Shown: positions 1-14,153, counted from the first letter of the stretch. The stretch: 64,000 nt of DNA from Pseudomonadota bacterium (GCA_043798915.1 JAZDOG010000089.1:57101-121100); one strand, 5' to 3'. The notes: generated from the letters alone by a model not told the origin. Made by a program: numbers and translations.

Positions 1-1050
<1,050 letters not shown>

Positions 1051-1069
1051 CTCGCTCGCCTCCTGTCCA

Positions 1070-2494
<1,425 letters not shown>

Positions 2495-2500
2495 GAATTC

Positions 2501-2580
2501 CTCCCCCTCCTTTGTAAGGAGGGGCTAGGGGAGGTAGATCCATCGCTGACTATTTTGATCTACCCCACCCTTCCCTCCCC

Positions 2581-2595
<15 letters not shown>
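2501..2595. repeat. REP/REPIN-like palindromic element, copy 1 of 3
   Basis: CCCCTCCTTTGTAAGGAGGGG..GGTAGATC-loop-GATCTACCCCACC..CCCTCCCCTTACAAAGGGGAGGG; near-identical arms at 35428 and 41733. Confidence 0.85.
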
Positions 2596-3993
<1,398 letters not shown>

Positions 3994-3994
3994 G

Positions 3995-5170
3995 TTATCC
4001 CCCCTCTGTCGATGCCGGCAAACGTACTACAAACTCGGTTCCGCCGCCCTTCACATCCTCGCACGATATCTCGCCGCCGTGCTCCTTCACTATTCGATAG
4101 CTGATCGAAAGGCCGAGCCCCGTGCCCTTGCCCGGCTCCTTGGTCGTAAAAAATGGATCGAAGATGCGATCTCTGTTCTCGGGCGAAATGCCGACGCCGG
4201 TGTCGCGGACCCTCACCTCGACGAATCCATCCCCATTGCTGCAGCCGGTCTTCACGGTGAGGACCCCGCCCTTGGGCATCGCATGGCATGCGTTCGTTAT
4301 GAGGTTCAAGAAGACCTGCTGCAGGCGGTCGGGAATCCCGACGACCTGCGGGAGTCGCGCGGCACCGTCGAAGTTGAGCTCGATGTTCATCGACCGGAGC
4401 TCTCGCTGCACGAACGGAAAGACCTTCTCCAGGAGGAGATTCAAGTCCACGCCGTGCCTCTCCCTGTCCTTGGAGACGCGCGAAAAATCCAGGAGGTCGG
4501 CGACGATCTTCTTGCACCTGACTGCCGCCTTTTCCATCTCGTCCAAGTCGGCCAGCAGCGTCTTGTTTCCATGCACGTCGCGCTTCATGAGCTGGGCGAA
4601 GGCGAGAATCCCGCCAAGGGGATTGTTGATCTCGTGGGCCACGCCGCCGGCGAGCATGCCGATCGCCGCCATCTTCTCCTGCTGGATGACCTCGCGCTGG
4701 AGGCGGCGCTCTTCGGTGATGTCGCGGTAGTAGAGGACGGCGGACCCGGCCGCGGCGGCGCTCATCGGGTAAGCGCTCGTCTCGTAATCCCTGCGGCTTA
4801 TCTGGCAGCCCAGCACGGAGGTCGTGTGCGCGTCGCGCTTGAGGGCCGCGGGCAAAGGGCATCCTTCGCACGGCGCCGTGCGCCCGGCGAAGACATCGTG
4901 GCACCTCTTGCCGATTATCGTCGCGATGTCCTTGCCGCAGGCCGCGGCGAGGGAGAGATTTGCGCGAATTATCTCATAGTCGCGCGAGACGATCTGCACG
5001 GGGGATGTGATGGCATCGAAGGTGGACTCCCACATGTACTTGCCGCGGGAGATGATCCCAACCAGTTCCTCGAGCTTTGCGGCGCGGCCGGAGAGGATTT
5101 TGAGCCTCTTGACGAACTCTTCCCGGCTCAAGGATTCAATGGATGGGTCTTTTTTTCTGGATGAGGCCAT
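3995..5170 (-). CDS. Cytoplasmic PAS-domain sensor histidine kinase
   Basis: PAS with C-x10-CxxCP, H-box AHEINNPL, N-box NLITNA, G1 DTGVG, F/G2 FFTTKEPGKGTGLGL; no TM helix. Confidence 0.95.
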   Translation of the reverse strand: MASSRKKDPSIESLSREEFVKRLKILSGRAAKLEELVGIISRGKYMWESTFDAITSPVQIVSRDYEIIRANLSLAAACGKDIATIIGKRCHDVFAGRTAPCEGCPLPAALKRDAHTTSVLGCQISRRDYETSAYPMSAAAAGSAVLYYRDITEERRLQREVIQQEKMAAIGMLAGGVAHEINNPLGGILAFAQLMKRDVHGNKTLLADLDEMEKAAVRCKKIVADLLDFSRVSKDRERHGVDLNLLLEKVFPFVQRELRSMNIELNFDGAARLPQVVGIPDRLQQVFLNLITNACHAMPKGGVLTVKTGCSNGDGFVEVRVRDTGVGISPENRDRIFDPFFTTKEPGKGTGLGLSISYRIVKEHGGEISCEDVKGGGTEFVVRLPASTEGG

Positions 5171-5343
5171 ACGGTAACGAGATTGCTCGTCATCGATGGT
5201 CTACACGAAGGGGTGACAAATAGCCAGCGTAATTTTGACGCCTGACCTAACTGGTCTATTTTAAATGTTATTTAAAAATATTCCATCTGGTGGGTGTGTT
5301 AAAAATAACCCGGATGACCGGAAGGAAAAACCGCTAGTTCACA

Positions 5344-8300
5344 CTATCGCGCTGGCTGAAAGGTGAAGGAAATATCATCTGAGACCTCGCTCTTTTTCAC
5401 GAGGCCGCGAGGCAGCTTCTTCCTTCTTGCAATTTGGCATAGACGCTCTCCGAATTCTTTTGAATCACCTTCCGTGCCCTCACCAACTTTGCATCCAACA
5501 TCTCCGGAAGGATCGACGGTATATTTAAGGCTCCCCGTGGCCGCGAAGTCGGGATTCCTTTTCAAAAAACGCTCGTAACAATACGAGAACTCCTTCTTCA
5601 GCTCATCCCTAAGACGCTGGAATATAACCGCAGAATCTCCCTTCGACCACTGGCTCAATTTCCCCAGCTCGCCAGTCAGGCGTTTGATTGCCCCCTTGAC
5701 TTCACCTCTTCTGTTTCTGTCAGCTGGTCCTCGCAGCTCCTCCAGCGTGATCTTTCCGTATTCCTCCAGAGCGCTTTTGATATCCCGGATCTTTATATCC
5801 CGAAGGTCGTTCAGGCGCGCCTCTTCCTCGAACGAACGCGCCAGATAATAATGAGCACTGGCTACAAATGAGGGCGCTTTTGCGCGGATAGTCGAAGCAG
5901 TTGCGGAAAAAGACGGGGATTCCATGTCCCTGAAAAACTTCTGATAGGAAGCGGTTGCCTTATCATAGTAACCTACCCCCATAGCAAAATAAAGACGACC
6001 CTGACAGGCAGAGGACTGGATAAAATCAGGATGGAGCCCGCGAAACTCTTCGAGGGCCTTAATCTCCTTTTCTTTGTCGTCGTCTGATTGGCTGGTATAC
6101 GACCAGCCGAGATCCGCTCTGGCAGCGAGGAGTTTGGCCTCGGCTTCCTTTTTTTTGTCTTTCATCTCAAGCTCTGATGCTATCCTGATGATCCCCTCGA
6201 GGGTGGAAATCAATCTCTCTTGCTCCGCGATGGATTTTGACTTCTTCGCATCACTTGAGAATCGTTTAAAGGTCACTTTGGCTTCATCTGTGAATGTTTT
6301 AAGGGCTTTGTCGCGCGCCTCGTCTATCTCTCTGTCACGCTCATTGGCCCATTTTTTCTGCTCGTCGGATGGCTGAAGCCCTCCATATCTAATAACCAGC
6401 CCCTTGGCTGACTTGATGCAATCAATGACACTTTTATAATTGCGCGCATGCACGGCTTTCTTAACTCCATCAAGTGAGGCCCGCACCTCCTCGAGAACCT
6501 CCTTTTTTGCCTTTTCATTTCTCTCTGCCTCGGTCAGCGGGGGTGGAGGTGGTTTTGGCACGACTGGTGCAGGCACAGGCGCCGGCGGTTTGGGCGGAGG
6601 AGGCGGAGCGACATGTGGCAGTTGGGCAACCGGCGCATTTTTAGCAGGAGGTGCAACAGGAACGGTCGGCCTGAGAGCGGGAGTCGCGGCTGCAGGAGGT
6701 GCTGGAGCAACCGAAGGTTTTGTTGGCGGCGGAGCAGGCGGTGCAGCGGGAGCGGTCGGTTTGGGAGAGGGAGTGCCGGCTGCCGGAACCGGTGAACGGG
6801 GTTCGGTTTTGTCCTGAGGGGCAAGCCCAAGCAGCTTTGCTATATTCACATCAACCATCTGCCTCGTCGCCCCCTTCGGACCACTGAATAGATAAATTTT
6901 AGGCTGGTCGGGGACCTCTGCCCCCCCCCTGTTGACGCCCGGCCAGTTCACGCTGTCGACAAACACGAGCGGCACCAGAGGCTTGCCATTCTCCACCTGT
7001 TTGTCCTCAAGCGCGACAAGCCTGCGCCTGAGTTCAGAGGTCTTCTCCTTGCCGGCCCCTTCCGTCGGAGCCACGAACACAATGACGCGCTCGTCTGTAT
7101 TGTAGATTGCGCCGGCCGCCTCGCTGTTGGCAACTTCGACAAAACCCACCGGCTTGTAAGTTTGTGCCTTCCATCTGCCGCCATGCTGGGCGACCTTATA
7201 GATGTGGTATTTGGCTTTTTTGGATTCTATCTCCCTTGGTTCAATGCCGAGTTTTCGCAGAAATCCGCGGCGAAGACTTTGGAGTGTTGCCCCATCATGG
7301 CGCTCAGGCATATGCGGGATGAAGAAATAACGGCGCTTGATTTGCAAGTCCCTGCCCTCGCTGTAGAGACGATAGGTCAAATCGCCCGCCTGCGTATCGG
7401 TCGGATCACCGACGATGACAAACGCATCGCCGGCGCCCGGACCGAAGTGGGCCCCAAAATGACGATAATCGATATAGCAGAAACCATTCTCGTCGGTCGT
7501 CTCGCCGTGCTTCTTTATCAGTTCCTCAACATCGACATCTGGCACTTCGATCGGGGCCTCGATGCCCACAAAGCGGCCGTCCTTGATATCCCCTTCGAAC
7601 TGGATCTTTGCGTATTTCGCAGTGGGCTGCGGCATCAAGATCCCAAGCCTGTTGGCAATCTGTCTCCCCCGCTTGCTTGAAATATCCACGACGGCGATCA
7701 TGCCCCTGTTCCCTGCTTTATCTTTCGTCGGCTCAGTATTATTCACAAGCTTCACAAAATCTTCTTCTCTGAAGAACGCGCCCGTGACAAAAACGGTGAC
7801 GGAGCTTTTCCATTCATTTTTGTAGTTATCAAGCGTGAGTTCGACCACTCCGGGCTTGAAGGCCTGCTCCGGCTTCAGGGCAGGCGCCGTCGGGCCGGCG
7901 GGAGGGAACTCGGCATCTGGGACCTCGGAATGACTCACAAGCGCCTCCCGGATATCGAAGTCCTCACAGTGGCGATTGCCGGCGCTGCCGGTGCAGATTA
8001 AGAATGCCCGGCCGCTTAATTGCACATGGGGCAGATCCGCGAGTTTTCCCTTCAACTTCAATGGCACATAGATCGCCTCGACGTCGAGCTTTCCTCCGAT
8101 GTCCTTTTTATTTATGAGTCTATCGTCCAACTTGGCCATGATCTTCTGGTTCTTGGCTTCCTTGTCCCGGTCCTCCTCCTCTATGACCACCAGAACATTG
8201 CCCGATGACTTTAAGATGTAGCGTTCGAGATCGCCGGCGGATTTGATATCCGTGAACATCACGACCTTGCGCGAAGTCTTCCTGTCCCACAGCTCATTTA

Positions 8301-9921
8301 TCTTCGCCTGTCCCCTGGCAATCATCTCCCCCCAATTTTTCTTATCATCCGCATTCCCGGTCTTCTCATTCAACTTGGCCGCATCGTTGAATGCAGCGAG
8401 GGCCGCATCCTTGTCGCCCTCTTTCCCTGTCCCCTGAAAGACCGCTTTGAGAACAGTGGCCTTCAAGAAATGGGCGTGTGCCTTGACGGACTCCGAATCC
8501 CCTTCCTCGATATGGCCCAGATAAGCCTCAACGAATTTGCGGGCCTGCTCCAGCTCCAGGTTTACCTTGCCGGCATCCTGCGCGGCTTGAATCGCACCAT
8601 CCTCAAAAATCTTCGCCGTCTTGAAATATTTCTCGATCTTCCCATCGATGTCCTTCAGCATCCTGGAGCGGACATCCGAACGTTTTTGCTTCGCAGCCAA
8701 AACCTGCTGGAACTCTTCGTCATTCTGTGTCTGCATGTCTCTGAGTCTATTATAAGCGTCATCAAGGACGGCAAAAACGGTGCTCATCGCATCCAGGTGG
8801 CGGGGATCGATCGCGAGCGCCTTCGCCTTTCTCTCCTGCTCCGCAATCATCTTATCGACCGCACCCAGCTCTTCCTTGAGCTTTTTCGCCGCCGCCTTGT
8901 CTATCTTCGGGGGTTTTGCAGCAGGCGGTTTGGCCGCAGCCGCATCTTTCTGCGGCGTCTCTGGTTTCTGGACAGCGTCGTCCTTGAACTTCCTGGTTCC
9001 GAAACTGGCTTCAAAACTGAATTTGGCCGGACCGGCTTGATCCAGCTTCTCCGCGGTCCTCTCATTAGGAACCCCGCGCGGTGCAAACTTTGAGAGGAGA
9101 ATCGGGTCCTTCTCGACTATGAAACGAGAGGCATCGGGATTATCTATTCTTACCTGATCCAGGTATTTTTTGAGACCCCTGTCGCTCAAGTCGGCTGCGA
9201 TGATCACCACCTTGTTAGCAGATTTGATGCTCTCCTCAATCTCGTCGGGCCCGATCACAGGTATTCCGTACATTTTTTTTGCAGGCTTTGCGGCGGGCGG
9301 CTTTTCTGCGGCTGCCGCCTTGTCCGCCTTCTGAGGAGCCTCGGGCTCCTTGTCAGCATCGTCCCTGAACTTCATGCTTCCGGAAATGAGTTCAAAACTG
9401 AATACGGACGGACCGGCCTGATCCAGCTTGTCCGCGGCCCTCTCCTGCGGAACACCGCGCTGCGCAAGCTTCGAAAGAAGACTCGAATCCTTTTCGACTA
9501 TGAAGAGACAGGCTTCGGAATTGTCTTTTTTTACCTTATCCAGATTTTTTTTGAGGCCCTTGTCGCTCAAATCGGCCGCGACGATCACCACCTTGTCGGC
9601 GGAATCGATGCTCTTTTGAAGCTCGTCGGCCCCGATCACGGGTATTCCGTACAGGTTCTTTATCTTTGTTCTTGCCTTTGTCGGAACCTGGCATGCTCCA
9701 AAGAGTTTGATGATCGAGGGAAGCTGGCTGGCAAACTCGCCCTTTGTGGAAAACGACCTGTTAAACTTTCCATCGCAGGACTCGAATTCAAATTTTCCGC
9801 CCGATTTCGTGTCGTGCTCAAACTTCTCCATCTGCTCCTCGCAATAGGAGCGTTTGTCCTCGTCGGCCGGACTGGAGTAAGTCTTTTTGCAGACATCGAA
9901 GGGGCCGCTTCCACCTGTCAT
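5344..9921 (-). CDS. Large multidomain hypothetical protein with AgmX/PglI-like C-terminal domain
   Basis: Open frame of ~1,525 aa (ATG 9921 follows GGAGG; track starts at 9960); internal ~90-aa duplication, Pro-rich linker, C-terminal CYERFLKRNPDF..G motif. Confidence 0.8.
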   Translation of the reverse strand: MTGGSGPFDVCKKTYSSPADEDKRSYCEEQMEKFEHDTKSGGKFEFESCDGKFNRSFSTKGEFASQLPSIIKLFGACQVPTKARTKIKNLYGIPVIGADELQKSIDSADKVVIVAADLSDKGLKKNLDKVKKDNSEACLFIVEKDSSLLSKLAQRGVPQERAADKLDQAGPSVFSFELISGSMKFRDDADKEPEAPQKADKAAAAEKPPAAKPAKKMYGIPVIGPDEIEESIKSANKVVIIAADLSDRGLKKYLDQVRIDNPDASRFIVEKDPILLSKFAPRGVPNERTAEKLDQAGPAKFSFEASFGTRKFKDDAVQKPETPQKDAAAAKPPAAKPPKIDKAAAKKLKEELGAVDKMIAEQERKAKALAIDPRHLDAMSTVFAVLDDAYNRLRDMQTQNDEEFQQVLAAKQKRSDVRSRMLKDIDGKIEKYFKTAKIFEDGAIQAAQDAGKVNLELEQARKFVEAYLGHIEEGDSESVKAHAHFLKATVLKAVFQGTGKEGDKDAALAAFNDAAKLNEKTGNADDKKNWGEMIARGQAKINELWDRKTSRKVVMFTDIKSAGDLERYILKSSGNVLVVIEEEDRDKEAKNQKIMAKLDDRLINKKDIGGKLDVEAIYVPLKLKGKLADLPHVQLSGRAFLICTGSAGNRHCEDFDIREALVSHSEVPDAEFPPAGPTAPALKPEQAFKPGVVELTLDNYKNEWKSSVTVFVTGAFFREEDFVKLVNNTEPTKDKAGNRGMIAVVDISSKRGRQIANRLGILMPQPTAKYAKIQFEGDIKDGRFVGIEAPIEVPDVDVEELIKKHGETTDENGFCYIDYRHFGAHFGPGAGDAFVIVGDPTDTQAGDLTYRLYSEGRDLQIKRRYFFIPHMPERHDGATLQSLRRGFLRKLGIEPREIESKKAKYHIYKVAQHGGRWKAQTYKPVGFVEVANSEAAGAIYNTDERVIVFVAPTEGAGKEKTSELRRRLVALEDKQVENGKPLVPLVFVDSVNWPGVNRGGAEVPDQPKIYLFSGPKGATRQMVDVNIAKLLGLAPQDKTEPRSPVPAAGTPSPKPTAPAAPPAPPPTKPSVAPAPPAAATPALRPTVPVAPPAKNAPVAQLPHVAPPPPPKPPAPVPAPVVPKPPPPPLTEAERNEKAKKEVLEEVRASLDGVKKAVHARNYKSVIDCIKSAKGLVIRYGGLQPSDEQKKWANERDREIDEARDKALKTFTDEAKVTFKRFSSDAKKSKSIAEQERLISTLEGIIRIASELEMKDKKKEAEAKLLAARADLGWSYTSQSDDDKEKEIKALEEFRGLHPDFIQSSACQGRLYFAMGVGYYDKATASYQKFFRDMESPSFSATASTIRAKAPSFVASAHYYLARSFEEEARLNDLRDIKIRDIKSALEEYGKITLEELRGPADRNRRGEVKGAIKRLTGELGKLSQWSKGDSAVIFQRLRDELKKEFSYCYERFLKRNPDFAATGSLKYTVDPSGDVGCKVGEGTEGDSKEFGERLCQIARRKKLPRGLVKKSEVSDDISFTFQPAR

Positions 9922-9964
9922 GACCTGCTCCTCCAAAAGGGCGTACGGACATCCCCCCACTTTA

Positions 9965-9991
9965 TTATCGGCAGATTTCCAATAATGTTGC
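9965..9991 (-). promoter_or_regulatory. GCAAC-N14-GCCGATAA promoter-like motif (sigma-28-type -10)
   Basis: Minus strand GCAAC attattggaaatct GCCGATAA, 44 nt before the ATG at 9921; recurs at 38792 and 63481. Confidence 0.6.
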
Positions 9992-10068
9992 GTCCTTTTG
10001 GCTGAAAAATGAACCGATAGCCATCGTCAGCAACGGCTTACGCTAAAATAGACATGAATATCAATTAA

Positions 10069-10857
10069 TTATATCGATTTCTTGATACGTTGGATGAACA
10101 TTGCCTTGCCGCTTTTCTCATCTATTTCGATCACAACCCCTTCCAATCTCACGCCTCCCTCGGCTACTTTGAACTTTCGCTTGTCGCCGGTGAGGAAGCG
10201 ATGCAGGGCAATATCCTTGTCCAGGCCGATGACCGAGGCGTGAGGGCCGGTCATCCCAAGATCGGAGATATAGGCGGTCCCGCCGGGCATGATCTCCTCG
10301 TCGGCTGTCTGGACATGCGTGTGCGTGCCGACGAAGGCCGCGACGCGGCCGTCCAGATACCAGGCCAGCGCGCGCTTCTCGCTCGTGGCCTCGGCGTGAA
10401 AATCGACGAATATCGCGTCGCAGAGCTTCGAAAGCTTAGGGATGAGGGCGTCCATCGCGACGAAGGGACTCTCCGCCTTTTTGCCCTTCTCATCCATGTA
10501 GACGATCCCCTGGATGGAGACGACCCCGATGCGCGCCCCGCCGCGGGCGGCGAAGACGCACCAGCCCTTTCCGGGCAGCGACTCGTGGACGTTTTGGGGA
10601 CGGAGTATCGGATGCGTGTCGAAATATGGATGGAGTTCGTCGTGCTCCCAGATGTGGTTGCCGGCCGTGAGGACATCGATCGGCCCCTCGAGTATCTCAT
10701 CAGCGATCTTCGGCGTGAGCCCCCTGCCCCCTGCGGCGTTCTCGGCATTCACCACGACGAAGTCGATGCCCATCTCTCGGACGATGCCGGGCAGAAGCTC
10801 GCGGAGCGCCTGCCTCCCGGGCTTTCCAAATATGTCTCCAATCGCCAATAACTTCAT
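10069..10857 (-). CDS. ymdB: YmdB/TIGR00282-family metallophosphoesterase
   Basis: GDIFGKPG, NAENAAGG, GNH, DFHAEATSEK, GTHTHV motifs; follows rny. Confidence 0.93.
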   Translation of the reverse strand: MKLLAIGDIFGKPGRQALRELLPGIVREMGIDFVVVNAENAAGGRGLTPKIADEILEGPIDVLTAGNHIWEHDELHPYFDTHPILRPQNVHESLPGKGWCVFAARGGARIGVVSIQGIVYMDEKGKKAESPFVAMDALIPKLSKLCDAIFVDFHAEATSEKRALAWYLDGRVAAFVGTHTHVQTADEEIMPGGTAYISDLGMTGPHASVIGLDKDIALHRFLTGDKRKFKVAEGGVRLEGVVIEIDEKSGKAMFIQRIKKSI

Positions 10858-10862
10858 CGAGT

Positions 10863-12431
10863 CTACTTTGCGTATTCTGTGGCCCTGGTCTCGCGGATCA
10901 CGGTGACCTTGATCTGGCCTGGGTAGGTCATCTCCTGCTCGATCTTCTTTGCGATGTCCTTTGAGAGGACGGTCGCCTCCGCGTCGTTCACCTGATCGTT
11001 GACGACCATGACCCTGATCTCGCGGCCGGCCTGAATGGCGTAGGCCTTCTCGACGCCCTTGAATGATGTCGATATGCGCTCTAACTCCTCAAGCCTCTTG
11101 ACGTACGCCTCGAGCACCTCCCTGCGCGCGCCGGGGCGGGCGCCGGAGAGGGCGTCGGCAGCGTCGACGACGAGGTCGAGCGGAGAGGTCTGTTCGAGAT
11201 CCTCGTGGTGCGCGCCGATCGCATGGCATATCTCCGGATCCTCCCGGTACTTCTTCGCATACTCCATGCCGATGAGCGCGTGGCTCCCCTCCACCTCGTG
11301 GCTCACCGCTTTTCCGATGTCGTGCAGGAGCCCCGCGCGCCGGGCCTTGTTCTCGTCGATCCCAAGCTCGGCGGCCATCATGCCAGCGAGATACGCGACG
11401 TCCCGCGTGTGCTCCAGGACGTTCTGCGCAAAACTGTATCGATACTTGAGCGAGCCCAGGAGCTTCACGAGCTCCGGGTGGACGTTCGGGACATTGAGTT
11501 CCAGGCACAGCTGCTCGCCGGCTTCCTTTATGGAGCCCTCGACCTCTTTGGTCACCTTGGCGACCATCTCCTCGATGCGCGTCGGGTGTATTCGGCCGTC
11601 GGCTATCAGGTTCTGGAGGGTGATCCTGGCCACCTCGCGCCTCACCGGATTGAAACCGGAGAGGATCACCGCCTCTGGCGTGTCGTCGATCACGAAGTCT
11701 ATGCCGGTGGCGGCCTCAAGCGCGCGGATGTTTCTGCCCTCGCGGCCGATGATCCTGCCCTTCATCTCCTCGCCCGGCAGCTGCACGACGGAGATCGCCC
11801 GCTCGGACGAATAGTCTGAGGCCATACGCTCCATGGCTGTCGAGATGATGAGCCTCGCCTTCTTGGAGGCATCCTCCTTAGCCCTCTCCTCAATCTCCAG
11901 GATCTCGCGCGCCGCGTCCTTCTTGGCATCCTCGACGATCGACTCGCGGAGCTGGCGCCTGGCCTCCTCCGCAGAGATGCCGGCCACCTGCTCCAGCTGG
12001 CGGCGGACATCCGCGACCATATCCATGAATTTTTTCTCCAGGCCCTCGGCGTGCTTCTTCCGGTCGACGATGGACTGCTCCTCCTTGTGGAGCTCCTCCT
12101 CTTTCTTCTCGACCAGGTTGAACTTCTTCTCGAGGTTGTCCTCCTTGGCCTGGAGGCGCTTTTCCATCTGCTGCAGCTCGCGCGTCTTCTCCTGCGATTC
12201 CTTTTCGAACTCGGCCTTGGCCTTGAGCTGGACGTCCTTGGCCTCCAGCTCCGCCTCCTTCCTGATGGAGCGCGCCTGCTGCTCGGCATCCTTGAGGATC
12301 GATGCCGCCTTGCCCTCCGCCTCTTCCGTCTTCTTCTTCGCGATCTGCTTGCGTATCGCAACGCCCACGCCCAGACCGACACCGAGGGCCACGACGATAA
12401 ATATGATTGCCTGCCATAGCTGCAGTAGCAT
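10863..12431 (-). CDS. rny: Ribonuclease Y
   Basis: N-terminal TM, coiled coil, KH ([12 protein letters not shown]), HD (LLHDIGK), [10 protein letters not shown]. Confidence 0.97.
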   Translation of the reverse strand: MLLQLWQAIIFIVVALGVGLGVGVAIRKQIAKKKTEEAEGKAASILKDAEQQARSIRKEAELEAKDVQLKAKAEFEKESQEKTRELQQMEKRLQAKEDNLEKKFNLVEKKEEELHKEEQSIVDRKKHAEGLEKKFMDMVADVRRQLEQVAGISAEEARRQLRESIVEDAKKDAAREILEIEERAKEDASKKARLIISTAMERMASDYSSERAISVVQLPGEEMKGRIIGREGRNIRALEAATGIDFVIDDTPEAVILSGFNPVRREVARITLQNLIADGRIHPTRIEEMVAKVTKEVEGSIKEAGEQLCLELNVPNVHPELVKLLGSLKYRYSFAQNVLEHTRDVAYLAGMMAAELGIDENKARRAGLLHDIGKAVSHEVEGSHALIGMEYAKKYREDPEICHAIGAHHEDLEQTSPLDLVVDAADALSGARPGARREVLEAYVKRLEELERISTSFKGVEKAYAIQAGREIRVMVVNDQVNDAEATVLSKDIAKKIEQEMTYPGQIKVTVIRETRATEYAK

Positions 12432-12484
12432 TTAACACCTCCTATATAATCAAGGCACCCGCAGGTGCTCGTGTGAGAACAAGA

Positions 12485-13054
12485 TCAGCACTTGATGAGC
12501 CGCTTCTCGGTCACTATCCAGTCGAGCTTTCTCCCTCGCACGGCCGTGGGGAGATCGGGGACGACCTGAAAATCATAGGCGAGCGCGATGCGCTTGCCGC
12601 GGAACCCCGCAAGGCACTTGTCGTAAAAACCCTGGCCGAACCCCATTCGCCCGCCATGCAGGTCGAAGGCGACGCCGGGGACGATGAGGACGTTCAACGT
12701 GTTCAATTCTCGCAACCTGCTCTGCTTTGCTGAGGGTTCCCTCATGCCGACCTCTGTGAGGCGCAGGTCCTCGAGCTTCATGACGCGGAAAAAGGCAAGG
12801 CCGCCGGCCTCTGCATCGACCGCAGGGTAGTATATCTCCTTACGATTCTTGTCCCCCTCCTGGAAGAGAAGCTCGGTGCGGATTTCATTCTTGAAGGCCG
12901 CATAGAGGCCGACCCGCAGGGCCGTTCGAAACTCGCCCATCTGCAGCACGCGGTGCCCTATTGCATCGCTCGCCTGCTCCACCTCCTCGATCTTCAGTTC
13001 ATCGCGGGCGGACATCATCCGGTTGTAGAGTTGAAGCTTGGACTGGCTCGACAT
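12485..13054 (-). CDS. ygfA: 5-formyltetrahydrofolate cyclo-ligase
   Basis: VPGVAFD..GGRMGFGQGFYD motif; likely start MSSQSK at 13054 after GAGGAGG; canonical position after 6S RNA. Confidence 0.92.
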   Translation of the reverse strand: MSSQSKLQLYNRMMSARDELKIEEVEQASDAIGHRVLQMGEFRTALRVGLYAAFKNEIRTELLFQEGDKNRKEIYYPAVDAEAGGLAFFRVMKLEDLRLTEVGMREPSAKQSRLRELNTLNVLIVPGVAFDLHGGRMGFGQGFYDKCLAGFRGKRIALAYDFQVVPDLPTAVRGRKLDWIVTEKRLIKC

Positions 13055-13439
13055 GGCTCCATCCTCCTCAATGAATTTCAGGAAGACACCTTTAAGCCAC
13101 TCGAACTGTGGATGGAAACAACCGAACAACCAGAAAAAAGGACAAGATATGAAGGTGGATGCGCCCTGTCACTCCCACTGACACGTCAGCCGGAAAATTG
13201 CGCCTGTAGCCGCACCCGCCTCAATGAAACCCCTTAAACTGCGCTGAAAAGCCAACGCATAATTGCTCATACATGAGTCCTGCCTGGGAGTTCCTGCCCT
13301 CGCCCGCCGCCTTCTTTCAAGCAGGCAAGGCATCTTGTCCATTCTTCGATCATCCATCAGTTCAAGCGCCGCTTCAAAATCGCAAAGCCTATAACGCATC
13401 CCTTTTAACAGTTCAACTGTGAATTCTTGCCCCTGTATC

Positions 13440-13566
13440 GCGGGCTGTTCAAAAGGGCCCAGATGCGAGGCGTCCGACCGAGGCCGGCCGAGTCGTACTT
13501 GGATGTACGTCGCAGGCCGCGCCGAGGGAGGAGAACGAAGCAGATGGGCCCTTTTCAACAGCCCGC
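13440..13566. mobile_element. MITE-like palindromic element (~127 bp)
   Basis: 27-bp terminal inverted repeats GCGGGCTGTTcAAAAGGGCCCAgaTGC / GCAGATGGGCCCTTTTCAACAGCCCGC; internal CGTAC-N6-GTACG hairpin; no transposase. Confidence 0.7.
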
Positions 13567-13577
13567 CCCTAAAAAAA

Positions 13578-13793
13578 TCCCCCCGCTTGGGCCGTTTGGT
13601 GTCACCATTTTTGAACCCGACTCAATCAGGTGGGTGATCGTATTGCTGCTTTAGGCTTCCCCACCCCGTCAAAAAGGCCGCACCGCCGGCCTTTCAGAAA
13701 GGGCGGGGCATGCACACCACAGCAAGGGACAATCCCCAAAATGGCAATGTCGGTTCTAAAATTACGACACCGAGGTCGCACCCAGCAGGGGGA
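13578..13793 (-). ncRNA. ssrS: 6S RNA
   Basis: Synteny zapA-ssrS-ygfA; complementary ends (CCCCCTGCTGGG / CCCAAGCGGGGGG); GAACC..GGTGTGCATGCC..GGAAGCCTAAA..CCCACC..GGTTCAA blocks; ends approximate. Confidence 0.85.
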
Positions 13794-13821
13794 AACCCTT
13801 GTCCTATGTGAAAGAGCAAAA

Positions 13822-14100
13822 CTACAATTGTATATCAATTAGTTCTATTAAATCCTTCACCCTTTTCTCAACAGCCGCGAACTTGGCTCCGCGATCACGC
13901 TTAAACCTTAAAAACTCATCCGCTATGTTCATCGCCGCAAGTATCGCTACGTTCAAAGACGCAACCGACTTCGTATTCTGGATGACCTCGTCTATTTTCT
14001 GATCGACGTACTTCGCAACCTCGCCGACATAATCGTCATCCGAATCACTCTTGACCATGAACTTCTGGCCCATGATCGATATTTCCGTCGTTTTCTTCAC
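13822..14100 (-). CDS. zapA: Cell division protein ZapA
   Basis: ISIMGQKF..VAKYVDQKI..AILAAMNIADE; synteny. Confidence 0.92.
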   Translation of the reverse strand: MKKTTEISIMGQKFMVKSDSDDDYVGEVAKYVDQKIDEVIQNTKSVASLNVAILAAMNIADEFLRFKRDRGAKFAAVEKRVKDLIELIDIQL

Positions 14101-14124
14101 GCCCCTCCCTTTCCCGCTAAGTTA

Positions 14125-14153
14125 ATGATATGAGTTAGACTGTGGAGAGTCAA
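14125..14153 (-). promoter_or_regulatory. Sigma-70-type promoter for zapA operon
   Basis: TTGACT-N17-TATCAT on minus strand upstream of zapA. Confidence 0.6.

Noticed and set aside
5172..5187. GG-N10-GC sigma-54-like spacing
   Set aside because: Poor match to TGGCAC and points away from the kinase gene.
6534..6817. Gly-rich plus-strand ORF
   Set aside because: Antisense of the Pro-rich linker in the giant protein.
13169..13842. Small ORFs between ygfA and zapA
   Set aside because: They overlap the 6S RNA and MITE-like element and show no protein motifs.
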